Below are positions 62,559 to 64,000 of a stretch of DNA of 64,000 nucleotides, piece after piece. A program made the position numbers and the translations under genes. Origin of the DNA: Marinicella sp. (GTDB lineage Bacteria > Pseudomonadota > Gammaproteobacteria > Xanthomonadales > Marinicellaceae); assembly GCA_965230295.1 (NCBI GenBank), contig OZ246001.1, forward strand, positions 2,752,001 through 2,816,000, given 5' to 3'. The notes beneath the pieces were generated by a model, which did not search any database, was not told the origin of the DNA, and saw only the letters and a list, made by a program, of their open reading frames with translations. Position 1 is the first letter of the stretch. Each line of letters begins with the position of its first letter.

Positions 62559-64000
62559 ATGAATGCTACAAAGCAATCAATGGGTATGCTGAGTCTGTTG
62601 TTGATCTTTGGCTCAGCCAGTGATACATCAGCACAAGATACGACCGAAAATACAGAAGTCACATCCAGGTACATCGAGGAAAAGTCTCAAAGGGGGTTAA
62701 ATGAAACACTCCATGAAGACAGCCTAGGGGTGGTTAGGCCTGATCTGTACCTGCAGTCTATGAAGGCATTTAAACAGATTCAAATTGGTCCAAGTGCCTA
62801 TTTAGGTACCAATGTGGATTGGCAGCAGATTGGCCCGGCACCTGCAACAGTTAACAGTTATCTTGAAGGGAATGGGCAAATGCCAGGCCCGAATGCCGCG
62901 GCGGTCATTGATATGGTCATTGATCCAAGCGGCGGCACTGATCAAACAGTTTACGCCATAACCAATGATGGTGGTGTTTGGAAAACCACCGATGGCGGAA
63001 TAGTCTGGAGCCCCAAAACTGATCATTTGGGGACCTTGTCCTTTGGCGCCATTGCTTTGGATCCCAATAACCCTCAAATCGTCTATGCCGGTACCGGGAA
63101 TATTTTCAACAATGGGTATTTCAAGGCGATCGGTATTTATGTCTCAACCGATGGAGGAGAAACCTGGAACTTAACGGCTGGCAGTTCAGTATTGAGTGGC
63201 ATCGGTATCAATCGCATCGTTATGCCACAGTCTGGTATCTTGGTTGTGGCAACCAACCAAGGTCTGTTTCGCTCGATCAATTCCGGAGCTTCATTCACGC
63301 GGGTAGAGATTGGTGGACGGACCAATGATTACATTACCGATCTGGATATCCACGAAGGTGGATCTACAATATGGGCTTCAGTCAATGGCCGTGGTATTTA
63401 TGCCTCTACTGATCTTGGCGCTAATTTTGGAACCAATTTATGGAGTGCCGGGAACGGCACAGTCCCAACTGGGTCCTATGGGTTTGTTTCACTGGGGGTC
63501 TCTGTTGATGGGCAAACCATGTACGCCAATGCCGCTTTGTATCCAGGTGTAGGTGTGTACAAGTCCACCAATGGTGGCAGCCACTGGATTGACATCAGTG
63601 CTCAAGCCACAAGAAATGCACCTGGAATCCCGTTTTGGAAACAAGTGAATGCCTGCCAATGTGGCTATGACCAAACCTTGGCAGTGGACCCGGTCGATGC
63701 GAATCGAGTATATATGGGCTTTCAGGACATGTGGTTATCGGAAGATGGTGGTGAGAATTGGAAGGACATTTCCTACAGTTACAACAATGGAATGCCGGAT
63801 AAAGAACAACTTCATGTGGACTTTCATGTCACCGTGTTCAGTCCTGCGCCTCACCGAGGTAGCCCATCCGAACCCACCAGAATGTGGGCGGGGAATGATG
63901 GTGGCATTTGGTCTACCAGTAACGCCGGTGAAAGCTGGACCAATCACAATGCTGATCCTTCCGCAGTACCCAAGTTGAGCTTTGCCACCAACTTGTTCCG
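62559..64000 (+). CDS. Secreted BNR/Asp-box beta-propeller protein (partial, runs off the window)
   Basis: GGGGGA RBS; my translation MNATKQSMGMLSLLLIFGSA...WQQIGP...GGVWKTTDGG..W...DPNNPQIVYAGTG...STDGGETW; absent from the ORF track because there is no stop in the window. Confidence 0.85.
   Translation, partial: MNATKQSMGMLSLLLIFGSASDTSAQDTTENTEVTSRYIEEKSQRGLNETLHEDSLGVVRPDLYLQSMKAFKQIQIGPSAYLGTNVDWQQIGPAPATVNSYLEGNGQMPGPNAAAVIDMVIDPSGGTDQTVYAITNDGGVWKTTDGGIVWSPKTDHLGTLSFGAIALDPNNPQIVYAGTGNIFNNGYFKAIGIYVSTDGGETWNLTAGSSVLSGIGINRIVMPQSGILVVATNQGLFRSINSGASFTRVEIGGRTNDYITDLDIHEGGSTIWASVNGRGIYASTDLGANFGTNLWSAGNGTVPTGSYGFVSLGVSVDGQTMYANAALYPGVGVYKSTNGGSHWIDISAQATRNAPGIPFWKQVNACQCGYDQTLAVDPVDANRVYMGFQDMWLSEDGGENWKDISYSYNNGMPDKEQLHVDFHVTVFSPAPHRGSPSEPTRMWAGNDGGIWSTSNAGESWTNHNADPSAVPKLSFATNLF

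Overview
Chromosomal window of a Gammaproteobacterium. The rplQ-dsbB-class II DAHP synthase order, the missing rpmJ after secY, a Clp-type CRP and a XanB2-like chorismatase suggest a Xanthomonadales/Lysobacterales-related lineage such as a marine Marinicella-like organism (inference). It holds the end of the spc operon and the alpha operon (rpsE to rplQ), housekeeping genes (purU, fadH, nagZ, sufE, cysS, crp/clp, rne, rluC, fabR, nfuA, cnoX, gltX), many secreted or surface proteins (S8, M28, M12B and TraB/GumN peptidases, a 1771-aa SdrD-B repeat protein, a G8 protein, a CSLREA-like protein, an Asp-box protein) and an RND system whose TolC has an extra N-terminal domain. The most notable signals are: (1) two unrelated convergent secreted proteins ending in the same NVLNDLI[FY]AxxF[DN] tail, a candidate sorting signal; (2) three CRP/Clp boxes with identical class II spacing in front of secreted-protein genes; (3) an AAC(3)-I-like acetyltransferase and an intact subclass B1 metallo-beta-lactamase directly downstream of gltX with no mobile context; (4) two mixed clusters of CGTC-type palindromic repeats sharing a GAATT/CGTC heterodimer, one next to an AT-rich HNH-like gene; (5) a secreted mini-protein with mirror-symmetric Cys spacing; (6) an RNase E scaffold built from Q-rich and 10-aa tandem repeats. 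No tRNA, rRNA, CRISPR array, transposase or integrase was seen. All family calls come from motif recognition by eye, not database searches.
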